Shown here in pieces: positions 1 to 9,021 of a DNA stretch of 41,751 nucleotides. The stretch is from Actinomycetota bacterium (GTDB lineage: Bacteria; Actinomycetota; Actinomycetes; Nanopelagicales; Nanopelagicaceae), in assembly GCA_009917815.1 (NCBI GenBank), contig RGER01000001.1, positions 1-41,751 on the forward strand, written 5' to 3'. Each line of letters starts with the position of its first letter. The first letter of the stretch is position 1. The translations under genes were made by a program, and so were the position numbers. The notes beneath the pieces were generated by a model. That model saw only the letters and a program-made list of their open reading frames with translations. It was not told where the DNA came from and searched no databases.

Positions 1-165
1 GCGCTCTTCTCCGAAGGTGATCGATCGCCCGCCAGGTTGCGCCTACGTACGCCTTCCATGGGAAACCTTTCGGCATTGGAATCTCTCCTCCCCGGGGTCG
101 CGCTAGATCACCTCGAAATGATGTTGGCTACCTGGCCGTTTCTGCCAGGCGATCTCGACCGCTAA
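1..165 (+). CDS. 3' end of an unidentified CDS (partial, runs off the left edge)
   Basis: Frame 1 is open from nt 1 to a TAA at about 163-165 (...LESLLPGVALDHLEMMLATWPFLPGDLDR*). I recognise no motif. It is too short to appear in the ORF track. Confidence 0.3.
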   Translation, partial: ALFSEGDRSPARLRLRTPSMGNLSALESLLPGVALDHLEMMLATWPFLPGDLDR

Positions 166-185
166 CCACATATTAGAATCTACAC

Positions 186-734
186 ATGGCTACCAACCCG
201 GATCGCGCTTCCTACTTTCCTGCGATAGAGAAGAAGTACGGACAGCCTATGTCGTACTGGTTTGCCCAAATGAAGGAGATCGCAGATCGAAAATATCCCG
301 AGCAAATTGCATTCTTGCGCGAGAATCACGGTTTTAGTCAGGCACATGCCAACGCGCTTGTCTTGTACTCACGAGGCTCGCTCAGTTCAAAGAAGTACAA
401 CACCGTTGATCAATATCTAGCCCAGTTTGATGAAACGAAGCAAACTACCGTGCTCGGAATAATCAAGACATTGAGTACCAAATTTCCAAAAGCCGAATGG
501 GTAATCGCTTGGAATCAGCCAATGTTGAAATACAAGGATCAGTACATCTTTGGAGTCACTGTCTTAAGGAACCATATTTTGATGGCACCTTGGAGTACCG
601 ACGTGCTGAACACTTTTCTTCCGAGGCTTTCTGGTTACGAAGTGAACAAAAAGACCATCAAGATTCCAGTCGATTGGATGATCGACGCGAAACTACTCAA
701 AGATATGGTTGCAGCCAGAGTCGCAGAGTTCTAG
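186..734 (+). CDS. DUF4287-like N-terminal domain plus DUF1801/YdhG-like C-terminal domain protein
   Basis: The N-terminus (YFPAIEKKYGQPMSYWF...ENHGFSQAHANALV) matches my recollection of the DUF4287 pattern. The C-terminal half resembles YdhG/DUF1801. It starts with ATG and is a clean 182-aa ORF. Confidence 0.7.
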   Translation: MATNPDRASYFPAIEKKYGQPMSYWFAQMKEIADRKYPEQIAFLRENHGFSQAHANALVLYSRGSLSSKKYNTVDQYLAQFDETKQTTVLGIIKTLSTKFPKAEWVIAWNQPMLKYKDQYIFGVTVLRNHILMAPWSTDVLNTFLPRLSGYEVNKKTIKIPVDWMIDAKLLKDMVAARVAEF

Positions 735-876
735 GTCAAGTAATTTAACCTCATCGAATCCAATTCGACGCCATTTCTTCACCTGCCATTCATCGAGCCC
801 CACGCCTTTGAGGTCGGCTCCATACCATTATTGAAGTGCTTCCCCTTAAACGTCCAACAAACGAAGGGAAGTTGCC

Positions 877-1059
877 ATGTCAAATTATCTTGAATATCCA
901 ACTTGTTTCGCTTGTCGTTCCATTGATTTGGAAATAGTTACGCATGCAGATTTTGGGCCAATGTTCATGTGCGATGAGTGTGGATACTCCTGGGTCGCCT
1001 CATTCGAGAGCATCGACCCTGAGATTTCTCAATTCGTCGTAAAACTTAAGGTAGCCTGA
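877..1059 (+). CDS. small zinc-ribbon-like protein (CxxC...CxxC)
   Basis: 60-aa ORF with CFAC and CDEC pairs about 22 residues apart. A GAAGGGAAG Shine-Dalgarno-like sequence lies just upstream of the ATG. Confidence 0.5.
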   Translation: MSNYLEYPTCFACRSIDLEIVTHADFGPMFMCDECGYSWVASFESIDPEISQFVVKLKVA

Positions 1060-1077
1060 CCTCATTAGCAGTGAGGT

Positions 1078-1533
1078 CTACTTCTTCTTATAACCTGCTG
1101 GGCAGACGGGCTTAAGGCCAGCCACCTTCTTACTAACTTTGCCCTTCACGCAAATGATGGTCTTACTATTTGCTGCTTCTTTCTCGAGTAAGGGAATCGA
1201 GAAGCTAAATTCACCGGTCTCTTCTTCCGCATAACTCTTGAGAATTTCTATATCCGTCGTGATATCCGTCAAACTCGTGTTGATGAACTCTCGTACATGT
1301 AAGAAATCCTTAAGAATGAAATTATAGGAACTTAGCAATTTTGGGTTATTGGCTGTCTTCGCCTTAATTGCCAAGATCCGTGCATATTGCGCATCAAAGA
1401 TTGGATCGTACTGCGCGTGGATTGCCACGACTTGTTGCTCACGCGTAGGTAGTACGTCGGCAGCTCGCGCGACTCCCGTAAATCCAACAAAGAGAGAAAG
1501 TACTAGGACTCCCGTAGCGAACTTGCGGTTCAT
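1078..1533 (-). CDS. secreted protein with lysine-rich two-cysteine C-terminal tag
   Basis: Signal peptide MNRKFATGVLVLSLFVGFTGVARA/AD. The C-terminus TIICVKGKVSKKVAGLKPVCPAGYKKK is shared with two other ORFs in this window. Confidence 0.8.
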   Translation of the reverse strand: MNRKFATGVLVLSLFVGFTGVARAADVLPTREQQVVAIHAQYDPIFDAQYARILAIKAKTANNPKLLSSYNFILKDFLHVREFINTSLTDITTDIEILKSYAEEETGEFSFSIPLLEKEAANSKTIICVKGKVSKKVAGLKPVCPAGYKKK

Positions 1534-1603
1534 ACTTTCAAGGTACTTCGCCGAACTACGAAACGCAATGAAAGTTGACTGTGATCTGCGACCACTTGCA
1601 AAG

Positions 1604-2923
1604 CTACTTCTTCTTATACCCCGCAGGACACTTCGGGTTGATCCCCGAAATTTTCTTCACAGTTTTACCCTTCACACAGGAAATAGTGATCTGTTTGGTG
1701 ACTGGCTTTGCACTCGCTTTTACCGGAGCGGCGTCGGCTGCGCTGACTTGAGATGGCGCGCTTGGCGCCACAGACGCGGGTGGTTGAAACCGAATACGAA
1801 TGGTATTGGTTGAGTAATGGTACCCATAACCGCGAATTTCCACAGTGTCGCTGGCGGAAACATATTTCGTTGAATAGGTAGCAGTTTGCGGTGTGCCATC
1901 GCTTGAAGTTACTTCAATAATCGCTTCATTCATGGTCTTAGGCTCCAGCTTGAAAACCTTGCGGATCATGTCTCCGCGAATGCTTGCCTCAACCCAGCCC
2001 GTAATGAGATCGCCAAAGATGTCGAAGTGTGTGCCGGTCGAGACCACTTGAATCATTTTCGTTGCAGGATCGACCGTGACGCGAGATTCACATCCACCGT
2101 TCTGAGTAATGAAGATTCCCCCAGGGGGAGTCCCTTGCAATATTGCATACTCGCGATAGTAGGGCTCGATATTGATGGAGAATTCCACGTTGTAGAAATT
2201 TGCGACTAATTCGTTACCGCCCGGTGCGTTACAGGGACTTTGTTTCGTGTTATCGAACCACTTATATTCGTTTACTTCCTGGACTGTGCCTGAGGCAATA
2301 ATTCGATTTTTGCCATCTGGGCCTTTCTTCACCTCGAGGCTCGGATTCTTCATACGGGCGAGACCAATTCCTGCATTTTTCCCACCTGCATCAGAGACAA
2401 CTGTGAGCCTGAAGGTCGTTCCTGGCTTAAGAGTGACCCACGCATTGTCGTTCGCCGGAATCTTGCTTCGCTTAGGAACCAATCCGTTCTGAGCTTGAAG
2501 CGAGAGCGAAATCCTGGGGTAGCCGGGCACTTCTTCCAGCGATGTGACGGTTGCGGTTACAAATTGATCTGTCCCATCCACTGCAGCACCTTTGAACCAA
2601 TAGCAATAGTCGGCGTAGCTGGCGTTGCCGTAACCACACTTGAGCTCACCGGGAGCACTCTCCTGAAGGGGTAGGTCCACACCAGGCTTCCAAAGGGAGC
2701 TCTTTTCTTCAACGGCAGGAACCCATTGCTGAGTTGCATCATCGAGAATCTCGACCGACTCAATGCAATTATCTTTTATCTCGATGCTCTTGCAATTTAC
2801 CCACCAGGTCTTTGCATTCACATTCACTGAAGCGCCCGGGATGATGTCGCCTTCAGCAGCAAGCACAGGTTGGACAGCGAGCAACGAGAGGCCAAGCGAG
2901 AGAAGTATCCGCGGAAGCCGCAC
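1604..2923 (-). CDS. secreted protein (439 aa) with lysine-rich two-cysteine C-terminal tag
   Basis: Signal peptide MRLPRILLSLGLSLLAVQPVLA/AE. A Pro/Ala/Ser linker is followed by ITISCVKGKTVKKISGINPKCPAGYKKK at the C-terminus. Confidence 0.85.
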   Translation of the reverse strand: MRLPRILLSLGLSLLAVQPVLAAEGDIIPGASVNVNAKTWWVNCKSIEIKDNCIESVEILDDATQQWVPAVEEKSSLWKPGVDLPLQESAPGELKCGYGNASYADYCYWFKGAAVDGTDQFVTATVTSLEEVPGYPRISLSLQAQNGLVPKRSKIPANDNAWVTLKPGTTFRLTVVSDAGGKNAGIGLARMKNPSLEVKKGPDGKNRIIASGTVQEVNEYKWFDNTKQSPCNAPGGNELVANFYNVEFSINIEPYYREYAILQGTPPGGIFITQNGGCESRVTVDPATKMIQVVSTGTHFDIFGDLITGWVEASIRGDMIRKVFKLEPKTMNEAIIEVTSSDGTPQTATYSTKYVSASDTVEIRGYGYHYSTNTIRIRFQPPASVAPSAPSQVSAADAAPVKASAKPVTKQITISCVKGKTVKKISGINPKCPAGYKKK

Positions 2924-3005
2924 AGTTGATGCTATCAGCGGCTGCCTTTATTGACGATGGTGCTAGCCCACTCTTTCTATCCAAATCACTTTGCCAGGCG
3001 AATTC

Positions 3006-3428
3006 CTATTCATCTTGAGGATTTTGAGATTTCAATTGCCGCTCAAGTGCGATTCCCACGATTGCCAGAATGAGTGCGCTCACTGCGTCAACAAGCGAGA
3101 CCCAGAGCTGATGCTGAGCGAAAGCGCCACTTAAGTTGGGAAGTTGAAAGAGCGCAAAGCCAAGATAGAGACCGGAGAGGAGCCCGCCTCCATGAGAGCC
3201 ACTCTTTGCCAAGAGAACGAGCCGCCCTACAAAGGTCACAGGTAATACGTTGATACGTCGTTTAACCATCAGCATGAGTAAAGCGAAGAGCAAGATAAAT
3301 GGCGCGCTCTGCCAAGAGAGCTCTGGCGCCGCCGAATCATTTGAGCGAAGCACTTGTAAGAACGCCCAACCAGCGCTCACTCCTAAGAGAAGTAGCAGCG
3401 CAAGGGTGCTCGGCTTACTTACCTTCAT
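3006..3428 (-). CDS. DUF3180-type small membrane protein downstream of folK
   Basis: 140 aa with about 4 hydrophobic helices. Its start overlaps the folK stop by 4 nt. The position matches the conserved membrane protein that follows folK in actinobacteria (Rv3605c context). Confidence 0.7.
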   Translation of the reverse strand: MKVSKPSTLALLLLLGVSAGWAFLQVLRSNDSAAPELSWQSAPFILLFALLMLMVKRRINVLPVTFVGRLVLLAKSGSHGGGLLSGLYLGFALFQLPNLSGAFAQHQLWVSLVDAVSALILAIVGIALERQLKSQNPQDE

Positions 3429-3892
3429 AAAGTAGCTCCGGCACTCTGCAAAGCTTCAATAATGGCGCTCACATCTCCTTGACCAATCAACTGAGCGTCT
3501 GGCTGCAACTCAATCCATGGAATGAGTACGAAGAGCCGCTCATGGGCACGTGGGTGCGGAAGTGTGAGTTTCGGATCATCACTTACTTGGTCTCCGAAGG
3601 TGATGATGTCGATGTCGAGGGTACGAGCGCCCCAGCGCTGTATGCGTTCCCGACCGGCGGCCTCTTCAAGTTTCGAAGTCCTTCCAAGAAGTTCATCGGC
3701 CGTACCACCCCACTCTCCCAACACAACCGCATTGAAATATTCTGGTTGATCTTCAACGCCCACCGGAGCGGTTTGATAGATCCTTGAAGCTTTCGATTCC
3801 TTCAATATTCCGCTCAGTTGATCGATGGTTTGGCGAACCATGGTTTCGGCATCGCCGAGATTCGCGCCAATAGATAGCACTACGTGTGTCAT
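3425..3892 (-). CDS. folK: 2-amino-4-hydroxy-6-hydroxymethyldihydropteridine pyrophosphokinase (HPPK)
   Basis: Typical HPPK sequence (VLSIGANLGD..., RWGARTLDIDII, LTLPHPRAHERLFVL). It overlaps folB and sits in the fol operon. Confidence 0.9.
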   Translation of the reverse strand: MTHVVLSIGANLGDAETMVRQTIDQLSGILKESKASRIYQTAPVGVEDQPEYFNAVVLGEWGGTADELLGRTSKLEEAAGRERIQRWGARTLDIDIITFGDQVSDDPKLTLPHPRAHERLFVLIPWIELQPDAQLIGQGDVSAIIEALQSAGATL

Positions 3893-4257
3893 GGCCGCGT
3901 AATGGTTACAGAGACATCTGCAAACGGTACTTCGATAGGCGCTGTTGGCTTATGAACGGTTACCACAACTGTCTGCACCAATTTACGCGTAAGAATTTTC
4001 GATGCGATGCGCTCTGCAAGAGCTTCGATGAGAGCAACTGGATCCCCTACGATTTCGGCATGTACGTCATTCGCAACTTCGCCGTAATGAACGCTCTTGG
4101 TCAAGTCATCACTCAACCCTGCCGGTGCTAGAGAGAAGTACAGAGTGACATCAACAACGAATTCTTGGCCGATCTGACGCTCTGTAGGCAATACCCCGTG
4201 GTATCCAAAACCTTTGATCCCAGTGATTGATATGGAGTCGGTCATTTCTTGCCCCAA
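3889..4257 (-). CDS. folB: dihydroneopterin aldolase
   Basis: GIKGFGYHGVLPTERQIGQEFVVDV matches the FolB signature. 122 aa, between folP and folK. Confidence 0.9.
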   Translation of the reverse strand: MGQEMTDSISITGIKGFGYHGVLPTERQIGQEFVVDVTLYFSLAPAGLSDDLTKSVHYGEVANDVHAEIVGDPVALIEALAERIASKILTRKLVQTVVVTVHKPTAPIEVPFADVSVTITRP

Positions 4258-4892
4258 CGTGTGACTACTTCGATGGCATCTCGACTATCACGCACATTGT
4301 GTACGCGAACTCCCCAGACTTTGCGTTCCGCCAACATAGTGGTGACTGCAATCGTGGCGGCTTCACGCTCCTTCACATCGCGGTCGCGATCGCCATCGTT
4401 GAGAAGCGTTCCTAGAAAACGTTTGCGGGAAGCACCAACAAGAAGTGGTCGCTGCAGCTTTTCAAAGCTTTCGATCGCCTGTAGTACATCCCAGTTATGG
4501 TCAGGCTCTTTGGCGAACCCAAGGCCTGGATCGAGAATTAGTTGATCGATCTCTACCCCAGCCTTGGTCAGTTTTTCAATTCGCTCAGCTAATTCATGCC
4601 GAACTTCCTTTGCAGTAACTTCATACACCGCGAGTTTCTGCATGGAATCCGAGAATCCGCGCCAATGCATCACCACGTAAGGGACTCGCACATCTGCAAT
4701 CAGTCGAGACATGTCACTGTCAGCCAAACCACCACTGACATCGTTCACGATGGACGCCCCTACCGCTATTGCCTCTTCGGCAACCTCCGCGCGCATCGTG
4801 TCGATACTGAGCACGGTGTCGTAATCGGAGAGAGCTCGCAGTACTGTGCGCTTGGGTTTGTGGAGAAACTCTGGCAACCCAAGGACACGCAT
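4242..4892 (-). CDS. folP: dihydropteroate synthase, N-terminally short form (216 aa)
   Basis: SIDTMRAEVA, NDVSGG, LDPGLGFAK, GASRKRFLG and GVRVHNV are colinear with M. tuberculosis FolP1 from about residue 60 onward. There is no room for the canonical N-terminus (see finding). Confidence 0.85.
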   Translation of the reverse strand: MRVLGLPEFLHKPKRTVLRALSDYDTVLSIDTMRAEVAEEAIAVGASIVNDVSGGLADSDMSRLIADVRVPYVVMHWRGFSDSMQKLAVYEVTAKEVRHELAERIEKLTKAGVEIDQLILDPGLGFAKEPDHNWDVLQAIESFEKLQRPLLVGASRKRFLGTLLNDGDRDRDVKEREAATIAVTTMLAERKVWGVRVHNVRDSRDAIEVVTRWGKK

Positions 4893-4894
4893 AC

Positions 4895-5509
4895 TTACTT
4901 CCCGAGCGCCAATTGCATTGCTTCGGCACGAGTCGCAGGGTCGCGAAGCTGCCCACGTACTGCACTTGTGACTGTGCGGGCGGTGGACTTACGCACTCCA
5001 CGCATCGACATGCAGAGATGCTCACAATCGATAATCACGATGACGCCCAGTGGTTCCAGAATGCGCACAAGTGCGTCGGCAACCTGACCAGTAAGGCGCT
5101 CTTGAACTTGTGGACGCTTTGCATACACATCAACAAGTCGAGCAAGTTTTGATAGACCAGTGATGCGCCCGCTCTCCCCAGGGATATAGCCAATGTGTGC
5201 TCTACCGTGGAAGGGAACTAGGTGATGCTCGCATTGTGAAAAGACTTCGATATCTTTCACGATAATCAACTCGTGATGATTCATATCAAAAGTAGTTGTA
5301 AGAACCTCATCCGGCGACATCCAAAGTCCGGCGTAACTCTCTTTCAATGAACGAGCAACTCGTGCCGGTGTCTGTGCCAATCCGTCGCGATCAGGATCTT
5401 CACCAATAGCGAGCAATAACTCTCGCACGGCCTTTTCTGCACGCGCTTCGTCAAACGAGCCGGTTACTTGGCCATCGTTGGGAATTGAAACTGGGCCGAT
5501 GTCACTCAC
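4895..5509 (-). CDS. folE: GTP cyclohydrolase I
   Basis: [11 protein letters not shown] and the [10 protein letters not shown] motifs are present. 204 aa, full length. Confidence 0.95.
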   Translation of the reverse strand: MSDIGPVSIPNDGQVTGSFDEARAEKAVRELLLAIGEDPDRDGLAQTPARVARSLKESYAGLWMSPDEVLTTTFDMNHHELIIVKDIEVFSQCEHHLVPFHGRAHIGYIPGESGRITGLSKLARLVDVYAKRPQVQERLTGQVADALVRILEPLGVIVIIDCEHLCMSMRGVRKSTARTVTSAVRGQLRDPATRAEAMQLALGK

Positions 5510-7457
5510 TTGCGGGAGTCTCCGGGTTTCTCTCCTCGGCAGCGACGGTTGGCTTCACGTAATCGATCGCTGGTCGGTCAGAGGGGATACGGTGAGTTGA
5601 CCCCGTCCACGCTGGTCTCGCCGGGCGCTTGGCAACGGGTGCAAAGATTTCCGCGATCTCTTCCTTATCCAAAGTTTCGCGATCCAAGAGCGCCACCACC
5701 AGAGCATCGAGCACATCTCGATACTGGGTCAAAATGCTCCACGCCTCTTGATGTGCGCGTTCGATGAGAGCACGCACCTCTTCATCTACGACTGCCGCAA
5801 CATCTTCGCTGTAATCTCGTTGGTGTCCATAGTCGCGACCCAAAAATGGCTCGCCGCCAGAGGTTCCCAACTTGATCGCACCGAGGCGCTCGGTCATGCC
5901 GTATTGGGTCACCATGGCACGAGCGAGAGCGGTTGCCTTCTCGATGTCGTTAGATGCGCCAGTCGTGGGATCGTGAAAGACCATCTCTTCAGCAGCGCGA
6001 CCACCCAATGCGTAGGCAAGTTGATCCAGCATTTCGTTGCGAGTAGTGGAGTAGCGATCTTCATCAGGTAAGACCATCGTGTAACCGAGCGCACGTCCAC
6101 GCGGCAAAATCGTCACCTTATGAACAGGGTCAGTATTTGGTAGCGCATGCGCAACAAGTGCGTGACCACCTTCATGGTAAGCAGTTACTTTCCGCTCGTG
6201 CTCATTCATGAGTCGCGAGCGCTTCTGCGGGCCAGCCATCACACGATCAATCGCTTCATCAAGTGACTCTTTATCGATCAACTCTTTGCCAGCGCGGGCA
6301 GTGAGAAGTGCAGCCTCGTTGAGAACGTTTGCTAAATCGGCGCCCGTGAAACCGGGCGTACGCCGCGCGAGGGTAACAAGATCGATATCTTCCTCGAGTG
6401 GCTTGCCTTTCGCGTGTACCTCGAGAATCTGTTGACGGCCTTTGAGATCTGGGCGCTCCACCGCGATTTGTCGATCGAAGCGACCAGGACGAAGAAGCGC
6501 GGGGTCCAAAATATCTGGGCGATTAGTAGCTGCGATCAAAATGACGGAGCCGTTAGCTTCGAACCCATCCATCTCTACCAGTAATTGATTGAGTGTTTGT
6601 TCGCGCTCATCGTGACCGCCACCCATACCAGCTCCGCGATGGCGACCAACCGCATCGATTTCATCAACGAAGACGATGGCTGGTGCGTTTGCCTTGGCTT
6701 GCGTAAAGAGATCGCGAACTCGAGCAGCTCCAACGCCGACAAACATTTCTACGAAATCAGAACCGGAGATTGAGTAGAAGGGCACGTTTGCTTCACCAGC
6801 AACTGCGCGAGCAAGCAGAGTCTTTCCAGTTCCGGGCGGACCATAGAGGAGAACACCTTTGGGAATCTTGGCGCCGATCGCTTGAAACTTTGCTGGCTCA
6901 GCCAGAAACTCTTTGATCTCTTGCAGTTCTTCTACCGCTTCGTCGACACCAGCGACATCTGCGAAGGTGGTCTTAGGCGTGTCTTTCGCCATCAGCTTGG
7001 CTTTTGAGCGTCCGAATTGCATGACGCGACCGCCGCCGCCTTGCATTTGATTCATAAAGAAGAGGAATACGAATGCGATCAAGATGATCGGTCCAACGGT
7101 CATGATGAAGGACATGAGTGCAGAAGTTCGTGGAACTTTTACGTCCCATAATTGCGGAGGCTGGTGAGCTTTCAACAAATCAATGACTTGAGTTTCTTGC
7201 CCGACGATATAACTTGCCTCTACTCGTGAGGCATCTGAAATCTTTACGCCGCTCTTCAAAGTAATTTGGATAAGTTGCTCGCGGTCCACAACTACTGCCG
7301 ACTTCACTTGCTCATCTGCGATTGCCTTCAGCACCACCGACGTATCAACTTTCTTAAAAGTTGCATTGGCAGATGCGAATTGACCGTAGAGGAAGAAAGC
7401 CAAGACGGCGATCAAAATCCAAAAGGCAGGAGTTTTATGTAAACGACGTTTCTTCAT
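5502..7457 (-). CDS. ftsH: ATP-dependent zinc metalloprotease FtsH
   Basis: Two N-terminal TM helices, Walker A GPPGTGKT, Walker [12 protein letters not shown] region and the zinc motif HEGGHA. The ATG at 7457 has an AAGG RBS. The ORF track starts at a TTG at 7463. Confidence 0.95.
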   Translation of the reverse strand: MKKRRLHKTPAFWILIAVLAFFLYGQFASANATFKKVDTSVVLKAIADEQVKSAVVVDREQLIQITLKSGVKISDASRVEASYIVGQETQVIDLLKAHQPPQLWDVKVPRTSALMSFIMTVGPIILIAFVFLFFMNQMQGGGGRVMQFGRSKAKLMAKDTPKTTFADVAGVDEAVEELQEIKEFLAEPAKFQAIGAKIPKGVLLYGPPGTGKTLLARAVAGEANVPFYSISGSDFVEMFVGVGAARVRDLFTQAKANAPAIVFVDEIDAVGRHRGAGMGGGHDEREQTLNQLLVEMDGFEANGSVILIAATNRPDILDPALLRPGRFDRQIAVERPDLKGRQQILEVHAKGKPLEEDIDLVTLARRTPGFTGADLANVLNEAALLTARAGKELIDKESLDEAIDRVMAGPQKRSRLMNEHERKVTAYHEGGHALVAHALPNTDPVHKVTILPRGRALGYTMVLPDEDRYSTTRNEMLDQLAYALGGRAAEEMVFHDPTTGASNDIEKATALARAMVTQYGMTERLGAIKLGTSGGEPFLGRDYGHQRDYSEDVAAVVDEEVRALIERAHQEAWSILTQYRDVLDALVVALLDRETLDKEEIAEIFAPVAKRPARPAWTGSTHRIPSDRPAIDYVKPTVAAEERNPETPASE

Positions 7458-7466
7458 AACCAACCT

Positions 7467-8018
7467 TTAGGAGTAAACGTGGGGGGCTAAGGTGCCAATA
7501 ATGCGAAGATTGCGGTAGCGCTCGGCGTAATCCAAGCCATAACCCACAACAAACTCGTTAGGAATATCAAAGCCAACGTACTTAACGGCGACTTCAACTT
7601 GGGCAGCATCTGGCTTGCGAAGCAAGACGAGAACTTCAACACTGGCCGCTCCACGTGACATCAAGTTTGAAACGAGCCATGAGAGCGTGAGCCCGGAATC
7701 GACGATATCTTCCACGATGAGAACGTGTCGCCCAGTAATGTCTTGATCAAGATCTTTAAGAATGCGAACTACACCGCTCGACTTCGTTCCTTTGCCGTAT
7801 GAAGAGACAGCCATCCAATCCATCGTGGCATGACGTGATAGCGAGCGCGAGAAATCTGACATCACCATGATCGCGCCCTTTAGGACACCCACCAAGAGAA
7901 CTTCGCGCTCTGCATAGTCATGTTCGACTTCAGCGGCGAGTTCTTTCAGTCGATTTTGAATCTGCTCCTCGGTGAAGAGAACTTTCTCCAAGTCGCCTTC
8001 AATATCTCGGTGATCCAC
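7467..8018 (-). CDS. hpt: hypoxanthine-guanine phosphoribosyltransferase
   Basis: PRPP-binding loop [13 protein letters not shown]. 183 aa. Conserved hpt-ftsH neighbourhood. Confidence 0.95.
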   Translation of the reverse strand: MDHRDIEGDLEKVLFTEEQIQNRLKELAAEVEHDYAEREVLLVGVLKGAIMVMSDFSRSLSRHATMDWMAVSSYGKGTKSSGVVRILKDLDQDITGRHVLIVEDIVDSGLTLSWLVSNLMSRGAASVEVLVLLRKPDAAQVEVAVKYVGFDIPNEFVVGYGLDYAERYRNLRIIGTLAPHVYS

Positions 8019-8040
8019 GGTGACCTCTCATTAGTTGCGG

Positions 8041-9012
8041 TTACGCCTTACCCTCGCCCTGGGGCGAGAGGATAAGTCTGCCCGACTTCCGGGCTAGCGA
8101 AAGACCACCGGGCAGGGCGATCTCCCCCTGACCACGCCAATCCACCAGAAGTTGATCACCCCGCTCCAGGTGCTCAAAGGTAAGCAGGCCGCCATCGAGT
8201 CCGGCGGCGAGGAGCGCCAGCCGGAGCACCCGGCTCCGGATCGCCTTGGGCAGGTCGGAGAGGGCCGCTACCGTTAATCCGGGATTGCTCGCAAAGTGCT
8301 CGGCCGCGAGGGTGTCGAGGGCGGCCAAATCGTCCTGAATGAGCAGGGCGGTCCGGGCTAGCGCCTCGGAGACTCCCCCGCCGAGAGCCTCTTCCATGGC
8401 GGGAATGAGCTGGTGACGGAGCTTCACCCGCAAGAAGTGCAGATCTGCATTCATGGGGTCGTCAAAGAATTGGCCAAGTGAGAGCGCCACCGCTCGTAGG
8501 GCAGCTCGACGCATACCCAACGCCGGACGTCGATAGATGCCACTCACCGCGGACATTCCTGCGATTGACCGTGGCCCGGATCCGCGAGCCAGACCTAAGA
8601 GCACGCTCTCGGCTTGATCATCAAGCGAATGAGCTAGATAAACGCCCACGGCACCCACCCGGCCTGCATATTCAGCGAGCGCGCCATATCGCGCTTCTCT
8701 CGCGGCAGCTTCCAACCCACCTTCGCTACCCACTGCAACGCTGATGATTTCGGTGGGGATATTTAACGTTGCCAGAAAGGCCGCGCACTCACCTGCCACC
8801 TCAGCCGAATCATCTTGTAAACCGTGATCGATGGTGACGGCAGAGAGCGATAGCGCCATTTTTGGCGCCTCTAAAGAGAGTGCGTATGCGAGCGCAATGG
8901 AATCTGCTCCGCCTGAGCAAGCGACCACAATTCGATCGCCGGCTTCAAGTAGTGCGAAGTCAGCGCGGATGGCAGCACGCAACTCCATGAGCTCTTCTGA
9001 ATGTGCGACCAC
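8041..9012 (-). CDS. tilS: tRNA(Ile)-lysidine synthetase
   Basis: PP-loop motif SGGADS near the N-terminus. 323 aa. tilS-hpt-ftsH synteny. Confidence 0.9.
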   Translation of the reverse strand: MVAHSEELMELRAAIRADFALLEAGDRIVVACSGGADSIALAYALSLEAPKMALSLSAVTIDHGLQDDSAEVAGECAAFLATLNIPTEIISVAVGSEGGLEAAAREARYGALAEYAGRVGAVGVYLAHSLDDQAESVLLGLARGSGPRSIAGMSAVSGIYRRPALGMRRAALRAVALSLGQFFDDPMNADLHFLRVKLRHQLIPAMEEALGGGVSEALARTALLIQDDLAALDTLAAEHFASNPGLTVAALSDLPKAIRSRVLRLALLAAGLDGGLLTFEHLERGDQLLVDWRGQGEIALPGGLSLARKSGRLILSPQGEGKA

Positions 9013-9021
9013 CAGGAAAGG

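Noticed and set aside
1058-1078. 7-bp hairpin GACCTCA-N7-TGAGGTC between the convergent zinc-ribbon and tagged-protein genes, as a terminator
   Set aside because: It overlaps both stop codons, has a short stem and has no flanking T or A tracts. That is too weak to call as a feature, though it may contribute to termination.
4720-5025. 101-aa ORF overlapping the folE/folP junction, as a possible carrier of the missing folP N-terminus
   Set aside because: Its translation (Cys/Arg/Ser-rich) contains none of the NxTxDSFSDGG or GGESxRPG DHPS motifs, and it overlaps both real genes out of frame.
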